This document shows positions 39,376 to 52,524 of a stretch of DNA of 64,000 nt, in pieces (the stretch's first letter is position 1; each line of letters starts with the position of its first letter). A program made the position numbers and the translations under genes. This DNA is from Rhizophagus irregularis (Eukaryota), in assembly GCF_026210795.1 (NCBI RefSeq), contig NC_089429.1, forward strand, positions 6,200,001 to 6,264,000, read 5' to 3'. Below the pieces are notes generated by a model, which was not told where the DNA came from, searched no databases, and worked only from the letters and a program-made list of their open reading frames with translations.

Positions 39376-42300
39376 TTTTAATAAAATGGTTTAAAATAAA
39401 ATAAACTCTACATAACCGAAGTATTTTCAAGGGTAATTTTTCAAAGTATTAATACAAAAGAAAATTTAATACTACAAAAGAAAATCACAAATATTACGAC
39501 AAATGTCATGTGATTGCTATTTTCCGTTGGGTTTGGAATAATCCGCAAATTAAATATAAATCACGTGCTAATGGCCATATTCATTATTGCAGCAAGAATT
39601 ATTAAACTTTTTTATATGATAGTTAAACTACTATATATAAATAACTTAAAAAATTCAAATAAAAACTACATTCATAATCCTTCCTACAACCACGAATACT
39701 CTGAACTTAATCCAGTAAACTCTGTTTGTTCATTTATATTATGCATTTAATAGAACAAACACTTTTTTTAACAAGAAGCCGCAGTGATGGCCGCAGCTGC
39801 TATAATGAATTCGGCTTATCAAATTATTTTTCCACTATTATTATTAATATTATCTTTAATCTTTAAGAATTCAGCCGCATAATTCAGGTTCGATTCGTCG
39901 ATGACCATTCGGTAAAGAGTCTAAATTAAAAAAGTAAATCGAAATACAACAATCGTTTTTCAAAAATACGACTTCGTATAGAAGTCAAAATTAAGTTAAT
40001 GAGAAAGAAATTGCTAGCAGTAACTACTAACTAGAATCAAAATTTATAGAAAACAGAAAATAAATAATCACAACAAATGATATCTTTATTCTACAAGAGC
40101 GAGTAGGGAACATTTAAATTAATGTTGAACATTTCTTTTTATCAAATTAATTATTTTTAGCCATTTTCCATGAATTTCTTTATTTTCATATTTTAGGTAA
40201 TCCTTTTAAAACAGATTCGTATAGGTAGGTGAATTTAAAGTAATTTCAAGCTTAATATTTTGTTTTTATTTTGGCTCAAAACATTTGTTTGTTTTTTACT
40301 TATTTAAGTTGAATAGGTTGAATGTGTATTAAAATATCAATTATATCATGGACACTTCACAGATCGATGGTTTACACGAACTTAAGTTTATACTATTAAA
40401 ATTTGTCCAATTTACATGGTGTACGCCAGATTTCAATGAAGTTTCCAGTTTTTTATAAAAAGAGTTCCGGCATCCTATAAAAAAGAAGAGAGAAAAATCC
40501 TTAGCATCCTAAAAAAAAAGAAGAGATCCTACGTTGATATGTTTCTTTAATTCAATTGAACCCACCACTCCCATACATACCTAAGTCAGATTCGTCAATC
40601 CGGTAATCTAAAAGAACAAAGAAAAAGAAACGTTACTTTAACCCAATTAAACCACCAATACACTCTCCTACAGGTTCGTTCAACTTTCCAGCGTTTCTTT
40701 AGCCTAATTAAACCCAATCCCCCTCTGCATAGCAACCTACAGTTTCAAGTCTCAAAGAGTTGGTATTTCTACCCGACGTCTGACGTCCTACAAAAAAAAA
40801 GAAAGAAATCCAGCGTCCTACAAAAAAGAAAGCGTCTTATATAAAGAAGTTGGCTACAAAGAAATAAAGAGAGGAAAAAGAATGGGGGAGAAAAGCGGGA
40901 TAAATTTTTTTAAAAATCTAAAAAAAAAAAACGAATAAAAAAAAATCAATAAAAAATAATTTTCGATCAAAAGACCGAAATTTTCGAGAACGAAATAAAA
41001 AAAAAATTTCGAATTAATTAAATAAAAAAACGGTTAAATAACCTGACCCGATACACTTGAATTAGACTCACTCTTATCCATTAGAATAACTCTTTGTTTG
41101 TTAATTTTGTTAATTGATAATTGATCATTAATGTAACAATTGTAACATGTATCTTAAATTTAATTTACAAAATTTATAATATTGAAACATAGATACTGTA
41201 CCATCAGATAAAATATACAAAAGATATACATATACAACATATAAAATAAATAACGGACAAATTTCCTACATGATTTTAATAAATAAATAATCCAATTCAT
41301 CGGATGTAACAATATTAATTCCTTCAGTTGATTCTTTAATATATTAATAATTTTTATTTCTTCATTCATCCAACTGCAACCATCAGTTACTTCGTGTAGT
41401 ATACCCAGAAAAATCTACATTCACAAATTCAGTTCTCAATATTACAACTCTTAATGATATGATTGTATTTACTAATGAAGATAATTTTCCGGTTATTAAC
41501 ACTGCATTAAATAAGACAACATAAGAGTAATTTAAAAATTTAATAATGCGCGAAATTAATTAAAATTTAATATAGATCTTATAAATGGTAGTGATATATT
41601 AGTTAAAAGAATTTCCCAACAACCAAAAAATTAATGCTCATTTTTAATGACAATTCAAGTATATTCCACAATATTTGATAAATTTGACGATAATGTTTAT
41701 ACGCACCAAAATATGGTATTAAAATAGCTTTCAAGTTTGGGATAATTGATTAATAACGAAAATTTGAGGGAATCTAAAGAAGAAAAAAGGAAATGTGAGG
41801 GTGAGAGGAATTTTTGAGAGGTTTATCACGAAATTCTTGCATTTTTCTATTTTATTCTTAACTTGTTTGTGGCAATTTCTAATTCATCCAGTCTTTCCTT
41901 GCAATTACGAAAATTATTTATTATTACTACAAAGATCTTTAATATCATTTTTAGTGCAATATATTGTATGATCAATAGTACTATATAACTAACATAAACC
42001 TCTTTTCAAAAGATACTTTCCAATTTATTGATTTAATTGACCATTCAGTTGTGATCATACCCAAATTTTTTAGATTATCAAGATTATCTATTGGGCGATA
42101 ACGTTTATGTCAATTATGTGTGACAAATTTTTATTTAAAAGAAATTTCAGATCAGCGTGCTCTTTATTGTTAAAGTCTTAAAGAATCCAGTAACAGATTT
42201 ACTTTTAAACATTACCTCTTTCATAAATTCAAATAATTAATTACTAATAAAAAATTTATAATGTGTGACCGACCCAATCGTACGAAATTTACGGATGTTA

Positions 42301-43195
42301 AAAAATCTTTAAATTTTAAAACTTCAATTAAAATTCCGTATAATTATTTAAATACAGTAAATAAAAATGTAAACGGGGAAGTACTAAGTATCTTATGATT
42401 GATTACATTATGTTGTTGATTATTTTTAAACGAAAATCTCACTAATATTTCCTCTACTATTAAAAGTGGTCACAGTTACTACATATTGTTATAGTTAAAG
42501 AATAGGTACTAAAAAAGATTTAAAAATAGCTGCTCCTTGGTATGAAAAAGCTGAAATATAATAGCTATGAACAATCTTGATATTTGAATATGAATTATAT
42601 ACATTATACAATTTATTAAAATTAATTTATCTTCGTGTATTCATTTATTTTATAATTTATTTTTATTTTCGTTTTTATTCTTCTTTAAAAGAACCTTCCC
42701 TTTCTTTTTCCTTATTATATTATTAATTAACAATTATTTTTCATTTTATGTATTCATTTTTTTTTTAAATAAAAAAATAAATTTGTAATATAATATAAAC
42801 ATTTTCAACATTACAATTTTCTATTATCGTTTAACCATTGGACATTACTAATTGCGCTAATAAATCTCAAATCTTTTGTTACCACATTTATTATTTCGAT
42901 CAGGAAATGTACTTATTACTCCTCAAAAACTATTTCCAAATATGTGTTAAATGGCAAATAAGAAAACTTAGATCTCGAGAAGATCAAATACAATATCGAT
43001 ATATATCGATGATGCAACAATACACATGAGCGCGCTGTGGCCAACCCATCACAATTTCCACACGTGCACTACGTCCGCCGCAATCTCCTCTTCGGCCACT
43101 TCCTCAGAAAATACGATCCTTTGCAAGGTCATCATCAACGATTACGTCGTCGTGACTTACTCCGTCTTCAATAAAATAAAATCATTCATATCAGT

Positions 43196-43286
43196 ATAAC
43201 AGGCTTGCTAAAGTTAACTGTAATCACGTTCGATATTTTTAAGAAAAGAACGTATAATAATAAAACTTTGAATTACTGATAATTTC
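43196..43286. repeat. ~90-bp dispersed repeat, copy 2
   Basis: Near-identical to 648-739. Confidence 0.9.
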
Positions 43287-45189
43287 GAATTGCATGTTAG
43301 CATCAAATTATCCTTTGATTATCGTATATTGATTCATAATTTTATGTTTAGTAATTGATAAAATAATTTTTTTTTACGTTCATCTTAACACCAGTGTGGT
43401 CATTTGTCATTGGCCATTTGGCCTTAATTTATTCGGTCATTTCACTCATTTGATTCTGATCATTCAATGGTATCACTTACACCTTCAGTTTTTTTGGTCA
43501 ACCAAAGGTTTAACAAGAGGATATAGCTTTCACGAACTTCGCTTCTACCAACAGAAATTTTTGTTATAATAATATGCGATATTGAACCTTGTTTAAATTT
43601 TGTCCCAGCCAGCTTGGAAGTTACATCGGCCAAATGCTTCCTTTACTATAACCATGAACATAATATGCGCAGTAGTTGGTCCATTAGCAGCTTTTTACAA
43701 AAGATTCCAGAGATGAAAGATTTAAGTTTTTATTTACTCATGTATAATATTATCATAATTAATCTTCTTTCTATGCGGATAGCAAGTTCAAACTTGACGA
43801 ATAACAGAATTGGCTCCAATAATGGATCCATTGGTAATTGTCATAACTGATCTGATTTTACCGAGGTTTGTTGAACTTCGCTTTATGGTAATAGAACATC
43901 AACGTTTGAGTTTTATATAATGCAGATGCAAACGATGGGTATTTTGTTTCCTATCACCAGCAGGTATACCATCGATTTCATTAAAGATATGTGTTTCTTT
44001 TTCCGTAACCTCATTTGTGCTTTGATTGAGAAAATCACTAATCGACCTAAAAGTTTTTTTTTTGTTATTAACGGACTTCAAAAAGTTTTTTTTTTGTTCC
44101 CAGTATCATCAGTATTAGGATCAATCCTTTGAGTTAATTGCAATAAGATATTCCGGGAGAACGTTCTTTGATCTTAAATTAAGTCATCTTTGCAAATCTT
44201 CACGAGATTCTGATCACCGCGAAAATTTTTGAGAATTTGGCGACATTTTTCTTTTCATAATGGTACAGTTTTAGATAAGGTAGGTGAGGCAACTGTCAGG
44301 TCAATTTAGTACGTGGAATACAAAAGTGCGAGCGCAGAGAAAGGAACATATCTTTTTAAAACTTCCTTTATTATATTTATCAACTTCATTTTTTAAATAA
44401 AAAGAATCAAATAAAGAAATTATTTATTGGAACATAATTTCATTTAAAAATCTAAGCATTTACAGTATATTTTTTTTTAATGAAATGATATAATACAATT
44501 TATATATTTTACTTTCTTCTACAGTAAATATACATGATGTCAATTCTTTTTGTTCATTACACGATTTAGATATTATGATTGGTATTTTCTCTTATTACTT
44601 TCTCGGCTTTTTTAATACATCATAATGATCTGACCCACCCGGTTATGCTAAAGGATATCCAACAAAACTAGATATACAGTAATAAAATAGTTATGACATG
44701 TAATAGTGATAAAAAAAATATTATTAATTAAGTTATTAGTTTGATTTCATAATAAATTTAATGACATGATATTATCCGCCAAGAAATCTGTTAAATATCC
44801 GCGAAATTATTTTATCCGGATACTAATCACTAAATTGCGCATAATATATAAAATCTATTTTTAACCATATATTATAAGTAATTTGAACAGTTGTAACGAA
44901 ATTATTATTTTGTCAGATATAAGTAATTACATAATTATGTTATATCCATCCCTTACATATTGTAATATATAAAAATGAAGTTCTAATGCTAGTATCAAAA
45001 GTATCACTCCCCAAAAAACATTTTCTGTATATTCAAAAATACTAATTATTATAATAAAAAATTTGTAAAATTGGTATGTCACCTAATAGTTATTGGCTTA
45101 ATTGTCTTATTTAAGGCGTTTCTCTCAATATGATTTGAGTAGTTATAAAGTAGGAAAGTAGGCGCTTTAGAGTCATTATTTTTTCGGTA

Positions 45190-47250
45190 AGATAGTAGGA
45201 TCAGAAAATTTAGATAATTCTATTGCGTGAACTTTGCTTCTCGTTCCCTTAAGATAAGTTCACGTTCTTTTAAAGCTAGTTCTCTTTCTCGATAGTATTC
45301 AAGTTCTGTAATAGTATTTTCCTTGGTTTCCTTATTATTATTATTATCACCGTCATCAGAAATTACAATTGTCTTAGATTTCTTTTGTGCATTTGCGTTT
45401 CAGTAGTTGATTTTGTTTTTTTTAATCTGTGCATTTGCTAAAATATGGAAAAAAAATAATCATCTTATCCTAATTTTGCTAGTCCTTCGCAGCCACAATG
45501 TGCAGAATTTTGTTGGCAGACGCCAAGATTTGAAGTTTCGTTCGAGAATCCTGAATGGAAAGCATTAAAATGGCCACAGTAATAACATTTTTCTGGATTG
45601 TCTTGATCGTTCAGGTAATTTTGACAGCCGCAATTTTTGTTTTGATATTGACAAATTCGAAGTGACATCTAGAAAAATTTAATCCATTAAATTAAATTAA
45701 ATATATCATAAATTTACAATTTTTATGTACAATATTACCTTTACGTTTGTAAAATTGAACATTGCGGGCTATCACGTCCTATATTATATGTTTGATGAAT
45801 GTTAATAGCTATGAATCTTTCTTTATCCAATCTTTGTTCTCCATAATAAATTAAATTGTAACGAATAATTTGATTTTCTCATCACGACTGAAGATGTAAG
45901 AAACTAAAACCTTTCCGACACAAAAGTCTGTGTCACAATCTGTCTTTTGCCTTTCGATGGAACAGAATGAAGCAATTCGGTTGTCTCTTTAACTTCTTTT
46001 CATATAAATGGTCCTAAATTAGACGCAAGCTAATAACATAAAAATTTTATTATATACTACATTATAAGAATATATAAAATAAATAATTAAAATGTTACAT
46101 ACTGTAAAATTGCTGTTACAAGTTTGAGATCTTTTCCTCGGCGGTTGCTTAAGGCGTGTGTTGCGCCGTTGCCTCTGCAACATTAGTATTATCAGGTGAA
46201 GTTGCATCATCAATTTTTGACATACATTTATTAAGTGATATAATGACTCACTTTTGAGGGTAGAAGGTAAAATTTAACCAAATTTATAAAAATGATATTA
46301 ATAAACATTATAATAAAAGTAAAGAAATGGAACTTATCAAAAAAGATTTACTAACCTGCAGCATCATCTTCACCTGTCTGAATATTATTAAATATTTGGT
46401 CAAGTAAAAAATACATATATATCATTTTTTAAAGTATTATTATTATATTTTTTCTTGAATTTTTCTATATGATAAATAATTAAATATTATATAGTATAAA
46501 ATTAAATAAAAGTAAATGAAAAAATTGTAATATCATTCTTACCTTTTGTAATGCACCTGGCATGATTTAAAAATTAAATGTTCTTCCCAATCCATTGTTC
46601 TGTCTATATTATTTAAAATTGTTGCCTGTAAGCGCAAAGATCTTTTGCTTGTGTATAGTCTAAATCTGCAATAATGCAGCCCCAACCGACTTTATAAATG
46701 TGTTTAAGCTGTGATGGAGTGCCAATTAATTTATATAAAAGGTTAAATAGAGTATTGAATTCTTTCATATGCAACAATTGTTGCGCAAAAGTAAAATCTA
46801 AATAATAAATAAGAATATTAATGTAATGCATAATGATCAATAATAATATATATAATAGAAAAACTTACTTAATTATGTTCGGTATTATAGTCATTTCACT
46901 GCTACACGTTTAAAAGAAAGGTCTATTTGAAAATATTCACACTTTGTCATTCAACTGATCGCTGTGAAATAGTACAAATTATCGTCACATGTTTATCTTC
47001 AAAAAAAAAAAACTCTAAAGAAAATATTATTAATTCCGTTAAAATTTTGATATTTATTATTTAAATTCATTTGCTATATAATATTTACCTAATCGCTTCA
47101 CATAATCACAAAATTATTTAATGTACGTGAATCATTATAAACAACACCATGAAGTCCTTGTCCTTTGAGGGTGAATTTCTTTTTGTATCTTATCAACATA
47201 ATATCGAAGATGATCATTATTATTTAAAGATATATGCACTTCAAAAAGAC
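45190..47250 (-). pseudogene. Intron-containing Mutator-like (MULE) DDE transposase pseudogene
   Basis: Motifs occur in the expected order: YFQIDLSFKRV (D), GWGCIIADLDYTQAK (D), FKSCQVHYKR (CxxH), DNTNVAEA (E), then a coiled-coil tail RERELALKERE. Frameshifts and deletions are present. Confidence 0.7.
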
Positions 47251-47899
47251 AATCAGTTCCGAAGTATGAGTATATCTTGATAAGATTTCCTAAATAATAT
47301 TTAATTAATAAATTGAATAAAACTTTATTTATTACTTGGCTATAATATAAAAAATTTTATCATCATTTTCATGTTATAGATACTCACATATGATATTTAG
47401 CTACCTCTGCTATAAGATCATTCTTCATAAATAATATCTTCCTTATTAGTATTCATGGTTAAAAGTTTTATTCGAAAGAGAACGAGGGAAAAAAAAATCT
47501 TCTTTGATCGACTGATTATTATTTATTATTGTATGTATTACACAACATGATCTTATGTTTAAAAATTGTAAAAAAGCGTGCAGTATTTTAGTATTTAGTA
47601 TTTCCAGTTCATCTTAACCCACTATTTGAACTATTGTTACTGCTCTATATACTTCTTTCTGAATATTAAATAAATCTATATTTAGTTTATGTGTAAGGTG
47701 ATATGGTTGAGGACAGCCTCTGTATTTACATTTTGGCTAAATTTTCAAAGTACGCATTCCTGAAACAGAGCGTCCGTAATATTTCAATTTCATTATCAAG
47801 TAAACGAAGAAAGTAGAAATTATATATTAAAATCATTCTTACTGATTGAAGTGGTAGGTAATTTTCATTTTTATCTTTAGAATTTTTTCTACGACAGAA

Positions 47900-49543
47900 T
47901 TTATAACACTGCCAAAAACATAGAATAATTATTAGACGAATGAAATGACACTAAAGAATAATACTGAACCGTTTAGGTGCAAAAATACTCCGATATCATC
48001 ACTTATTCCATAATATTAATACAATAATATATATCTTTTACTCGGATTTTTTCTAATTGCACAAATTTAGAAAAAATATCCTGTAAAACAAACGGTCAAA
48101 GATAGACAACTTATTAGAAATAATAAGTAATAAGTCTCCTTCAACCTTACAAGAATTCTCTGGAGATGATTGGAATTTCTCGAAAAATGGTTTGTATGGA
48201 AAAAGCAAAACTAATAATAAGAAAGATTGAAATATATAATAGATTGTAAGTTTATGAATGGATCAGTTGGTAAAGGAAACGAGACACAGATTGTATGGGA
48301 AATGGTAATAAAAGAAGTAGACAAAACTAAAGCAAATGAATGTTGCAAGGTATAATAATTTTATCCTTTTTATTAGTTAAAGAAGAAAATGTTATCAATA
48401 TAATAGCGGACAACTCGTTAATCTATATAATTGAAAAATTTAGTGACGAAAATGGCGAACGCAGAAGATTATTATATTAAATTATCATTGGATAATAACT
48501 TACAGTGACATGGAATGTATTGGATGATGGAAAGCATGGAAAAGATGACGGGACTAATATAAAAGTAGTTGATGATAATATGAAATAGCGCGAGCCTTAA
48601 CAATTCGGAACTGAATAAATTTGTATTGCGATGGATAATATTTGGTGACTATCGAAATTGGGATTAAAAGGCTAATGCAAATCAAATACAAAAGTGAGTA
48701 ATAACTTTAAAGAAATATTTTATAAGAATATTTTACAAAAAACTAACTTGGTTAAAACGGTTGAATTTATTTATTTCAAAAGAGAAAAGGAGACACTAGT
48801 GAATTGGACAACAATTTACGAGCGTATAGATTAAAAATCTAATTAAACAGTTACCAACATATAATATATTAGTAGAAAGAAAGATAGCGCAATACTTAGA
48901 GACGCATGTATAAGATGCGAAGACAACATTGAGAATATTCGTTTTGTAGAAAACTGATCGCACGTTTGGGAATGTCCTAGTAACCAATACGCAGAAGAAG
49001 AGATATTTATAAATACGTTGATATCATTAGAAGAAGAATATAAATGAAAATATAAGTACAATTCGCTATTATTTTTACAAGAAAAATCTAATATCCTAGT
49101 TATTAATAAAGACAAGAAGTTAGAAAACTAACTAGAGGTATTTTTAACGATAACATTTATGAAATAGCAAATTTTAAAGAAGAAAGACGTTTATTAGAAG
49201 AAATATGGAAAACATGCTATGATGATGTAAGAGATAAAATATGGTTGCAGCGTTGTAAAGAAGTTGGGAAAGCAGATGGAATTGTAGCAAAAGATAAAAA
49301 AAGGAAACTTATGGAAGAAAATAATAAATTAGACAGTGATACAGAAAAAATAAATAAAATTAAACAAATAATCGAAAAATAGAAAAAGATATTATAACAG
49401 ATGAAATTGTTAGTAATAGCATAATGATTAATAGATCGTTTCAAATATTTGGAGTACACAGTATATTAATTATATTAGTTATAGATAGTTTATAGATAGG
49501 AAAAGTCCAGAATCTATATCGGCGAACAAAAGTTAAAAAAAAA
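47900..49543 (+). mobile_element. Decayed LINE 3' portion
   Basis: LRAYRLK-LIKQLPTYNIL..CIRC..EN*SHVWEC (CCHC) and KIWLQRCKEV remnants. Ends in an A run at 49535-49543. The 5' limit is approximate. Confidence 0.7.
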
Positions 49544-49961
49544 TGAGTTCACGTAGCCTCTTACCTTTCCGATATAGTAATTCTTTCAACATCTTGAGCC
49601 GAAGGAGCTTGTGTGCTGGAGTCGTCGGGAAGTTGATTGTCTCTATTTGATCGATGACAGTCTTGTAAGAATTGTCTGCTGGAGGCACTGGGAAATCCAA
49701 TGCTGGTTGGTTCGATGACAGTTATGTATGAGCTATCGCTCGCGATGGTATAAGAATCGTTATCGGGAGGAGGAGTTCTTCGGAATAAACGTCCGGGGCG
49801 TTGATGATGTTTTGATCGTGTTGGGAAATTACTACGTAGGTGGGTTCGTATTAGTGGTTAGCGGTTAGTGTAACATCTTGCATGATCAAAGATCGTTTTT
49901 GAAGGTAGTGTTGTTGGAGTTGTATGGCACGGTCGACCCGTAATTATATTGTGGTATAGCA

Positions 49962-50450
49962 TATTTATTTATTTATTTATTTTATTCAAAAGAGTAGTTA
50001 ATACAATTATAGCTATATGTCTAATAAACAAAGGGAACTATCTGGTAAAAAGAACTAGAAATTCATCCCGTTACCAGGACCTCACCCTTCGGGAAGCACT
50101 ATTTTAACAGTAAAACTACGCTACTGAGAAATTTTTAATAAAAACGATAATCTAACTAAAAAAAGCAAAATAGAACGTTAAAAAGATTATCTAATAGACC
50201 CAAAGGGGATTATATATTAAAATAAAATAAATCAATAGAATTGAAGCGTGAAGAACGCGTAAAGGAAGTGGATGATAAATCTATTGTTAGAGACGAAATC
50301 CAAGATAGGTTATGGAGGAAATTAGAACAAATCCAAAGAATAGGGCTCTTGTGTCAGTAAATGGATGAGTATAACCATGAATATTATATAGATCGTAACG
50401 AAGATTGGTATCGAGGTTATTATTGATGGAAGATTGTTATTGTTGTTTAT
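49962..50450 (-). mobile_element. 5'-truncated LINE 3' end
   Basis: LWICSNFLHNLSW resembles the C-terminus of the LINE at about 34850. (TAAA)n tail at 49962-49985. Confidence 0.6.
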
Positions 50451-50734
50451 TCACACGTTTATAGTCTTTAAAGGATTTTTTTGTGATGTCGTATGCGGTT
50501 TTCCACTTTTTCCAACAAATGGAACGTTCACGCCAAATGTGGAACATCTATCTAATATTAATATATAAATAAATAAAATTAACAATTTCACAATCACATG
50601 ATTCGCATCATGAAAAGAACGAATGTTAAAAATCGTTTCACTATACCTAAGGAGAAAAATAAAGTCCAAGTTCGACCTGAAATAAAAAATTCGGAAAAAC
50701 AAAATTAAAAAAAAAAACTTCAAAGAAAAAAGTT

Positions 50735-51606
50735 TCAAAACGAACCGATTTGAAACTTACTGATCGATCCCATCATCCGGGATAAGGTGGTTGTGATTGT
50801 TTGTGTGTTTGTCCCTGGCGCATGATATCCTCCATAAATGTTTGTTAGAGAAACGATTAGAGGTGGTATGCCAGGACAAGACATTCCAGTATTTATTTGT
50901 TGTGTCTGTGCGTGAAATCCTATCATTGGAGATGAAACAGTACATCCGCAAACAAACGGGTCGGCAGACTTTGATTTTTCTTCGCTTGGCTGTCAATAAC
51001 CGTTCTAGGGGTATGCAAATAAAAAAAAAAAATGGCCACCCATTAAAAGTAATATACTCGATTCGGAAGAAAATACGAACCTGCAGCACTTCTATGTCTT
51101 TCCCCTTTACCATCCTTTTTGAACGCGTATGATACAGTAATTGGTATATTCATCAGATATTGCCCGTTCATCATTGCATCAATTGCCGCATCTGAAGAAT
51201 CGAAATTGTCATATGAAATAAACCCATACCCTTTACTATTACCAGTATCGGGATCTCATGCAATCTAAATTAAATATTTTGACTTAATAAAATTAAATAT
51301 GTAAATTGAATTCGATATTCGATTATTAGTCTATATTAATACCTTGGAAGTAATACCAAAAGTGCTGAACGTATCGTACAACATTTTTTCACCAATACCA
51401 GAATCCAAATTCCCTATAAATAATGAAGCGCTTACGTCCAAATTCTTTTTGCCCAAAGTTACCTAATAATACGACGAAACGTCAATGCTACACAACAAAC
51501 AATAAAAACAAACCAAAATGTTTCCGCCTACTTTATTGACACGAATAGGTTTCCCATACAACTTGATTTGATTCATTATCTGCATCACCTTCACTCATAT
51601 ATTCAC
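50735..51606 (-). pseudogene. SF3B4: Splicing factor 3b subunit 4 (SAP49/Hsh49) pseudogene, 5'-truncated, introns retained
   Basis: IMNQIKLYGKPIRVNK | [27 protein letters not shown] | [56 protein letters not shown] | ERLL..QAKKN. Three GT-AG introns, an in-frame TGA and frameshifts. Confidence 0.9.
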
Positions 51607-52524
51607 AAGACTCAATCTTGTAAGAAGAATCTTAGTTCTTTCCGTTCTTCAGAAGCCACCTGAACTGTTCTTATTACCACGAACCCGTTTCGTCGGGCAA
51701 TACCTACAAGAAAAAGAAACGTTAAAACGTTTCTAAAATAAAAAAAAAGGACTCCCTTTCCCAATTACCTTATTATTCAAATTCCAGTTCGTAGGTTTGA
51801 CCGGCATTCCCGTTCCTACACGAACAATATAAGCATTTTTTTAAGAAATTATATATTTTTGTATTTATATTTATTTATTTATAATAATAAACGAAATAAT
51901 TTCTTTAAGTAAATATAAATATAATGGATTTTATGCGGATATACGTTTTAGTCAAGCGACAAAGTTGTGTTTGATTGAGAGGACATTGAGTCGCATTAGA
52001 ATTTAAAAAAAATATTTTTTTTTTTCCCGCGTCCATAGAGCCAAAGGACGAAAGGAAATGAAAGGACGAGGAAAATGGGAAGAAAGGAAGTTAATAAAGT
52101 TTAAAAAATAATGCTTTTAGTGATCCTTTTTTAAACTTTTAATACGCGTGACGCGTGACATTTAATTAATGTACTATTCGACCATAATTCAACAAGGTTG
52201 AATAAATGTCTAATCGTAGATCATTACCAGAATATAGGCTGAATTTTTACGAAAGCGCCTACTTTATAACTACTAGAAGATGAAATCAGTTTGAGCACAT
52301 TTTCTTCATTTTACAATCGATCAATCATTAGTTATGATTTAATTACTGAGAATCAGTTGTTTTTAAAAATTTAGATATAATTTATTAATATGATATGAAA
52401 AATTAAATCTTATTTATAAAAATGAATAAAATACTAGTTTAATAAAAAAAAAAAAGAAGAATATAAAAATTTTAATGATTTAAAACCACTTTTTCATTCT
52501 TATAGGTGAATTTGATCGGAAGTT

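Noticed and set aside
42452..42830. Third Helitron starting near TCTACTATTAAAAG
   Set aside because: No matching hairpin-CTRR 3' end was found.
43020..43170. Separate gene with a CCHC knuckle (TCGNCDG..ARSC, minus)
   Set aside because: Short frameshifted fragment, probably transposase debris, too little to annotate.
50735..51130. LINE ORF2 zinc-knuckle remnant
   Set aside because: The sequence is better explained as the C-terminal part of the SF3B4 pseudogene.
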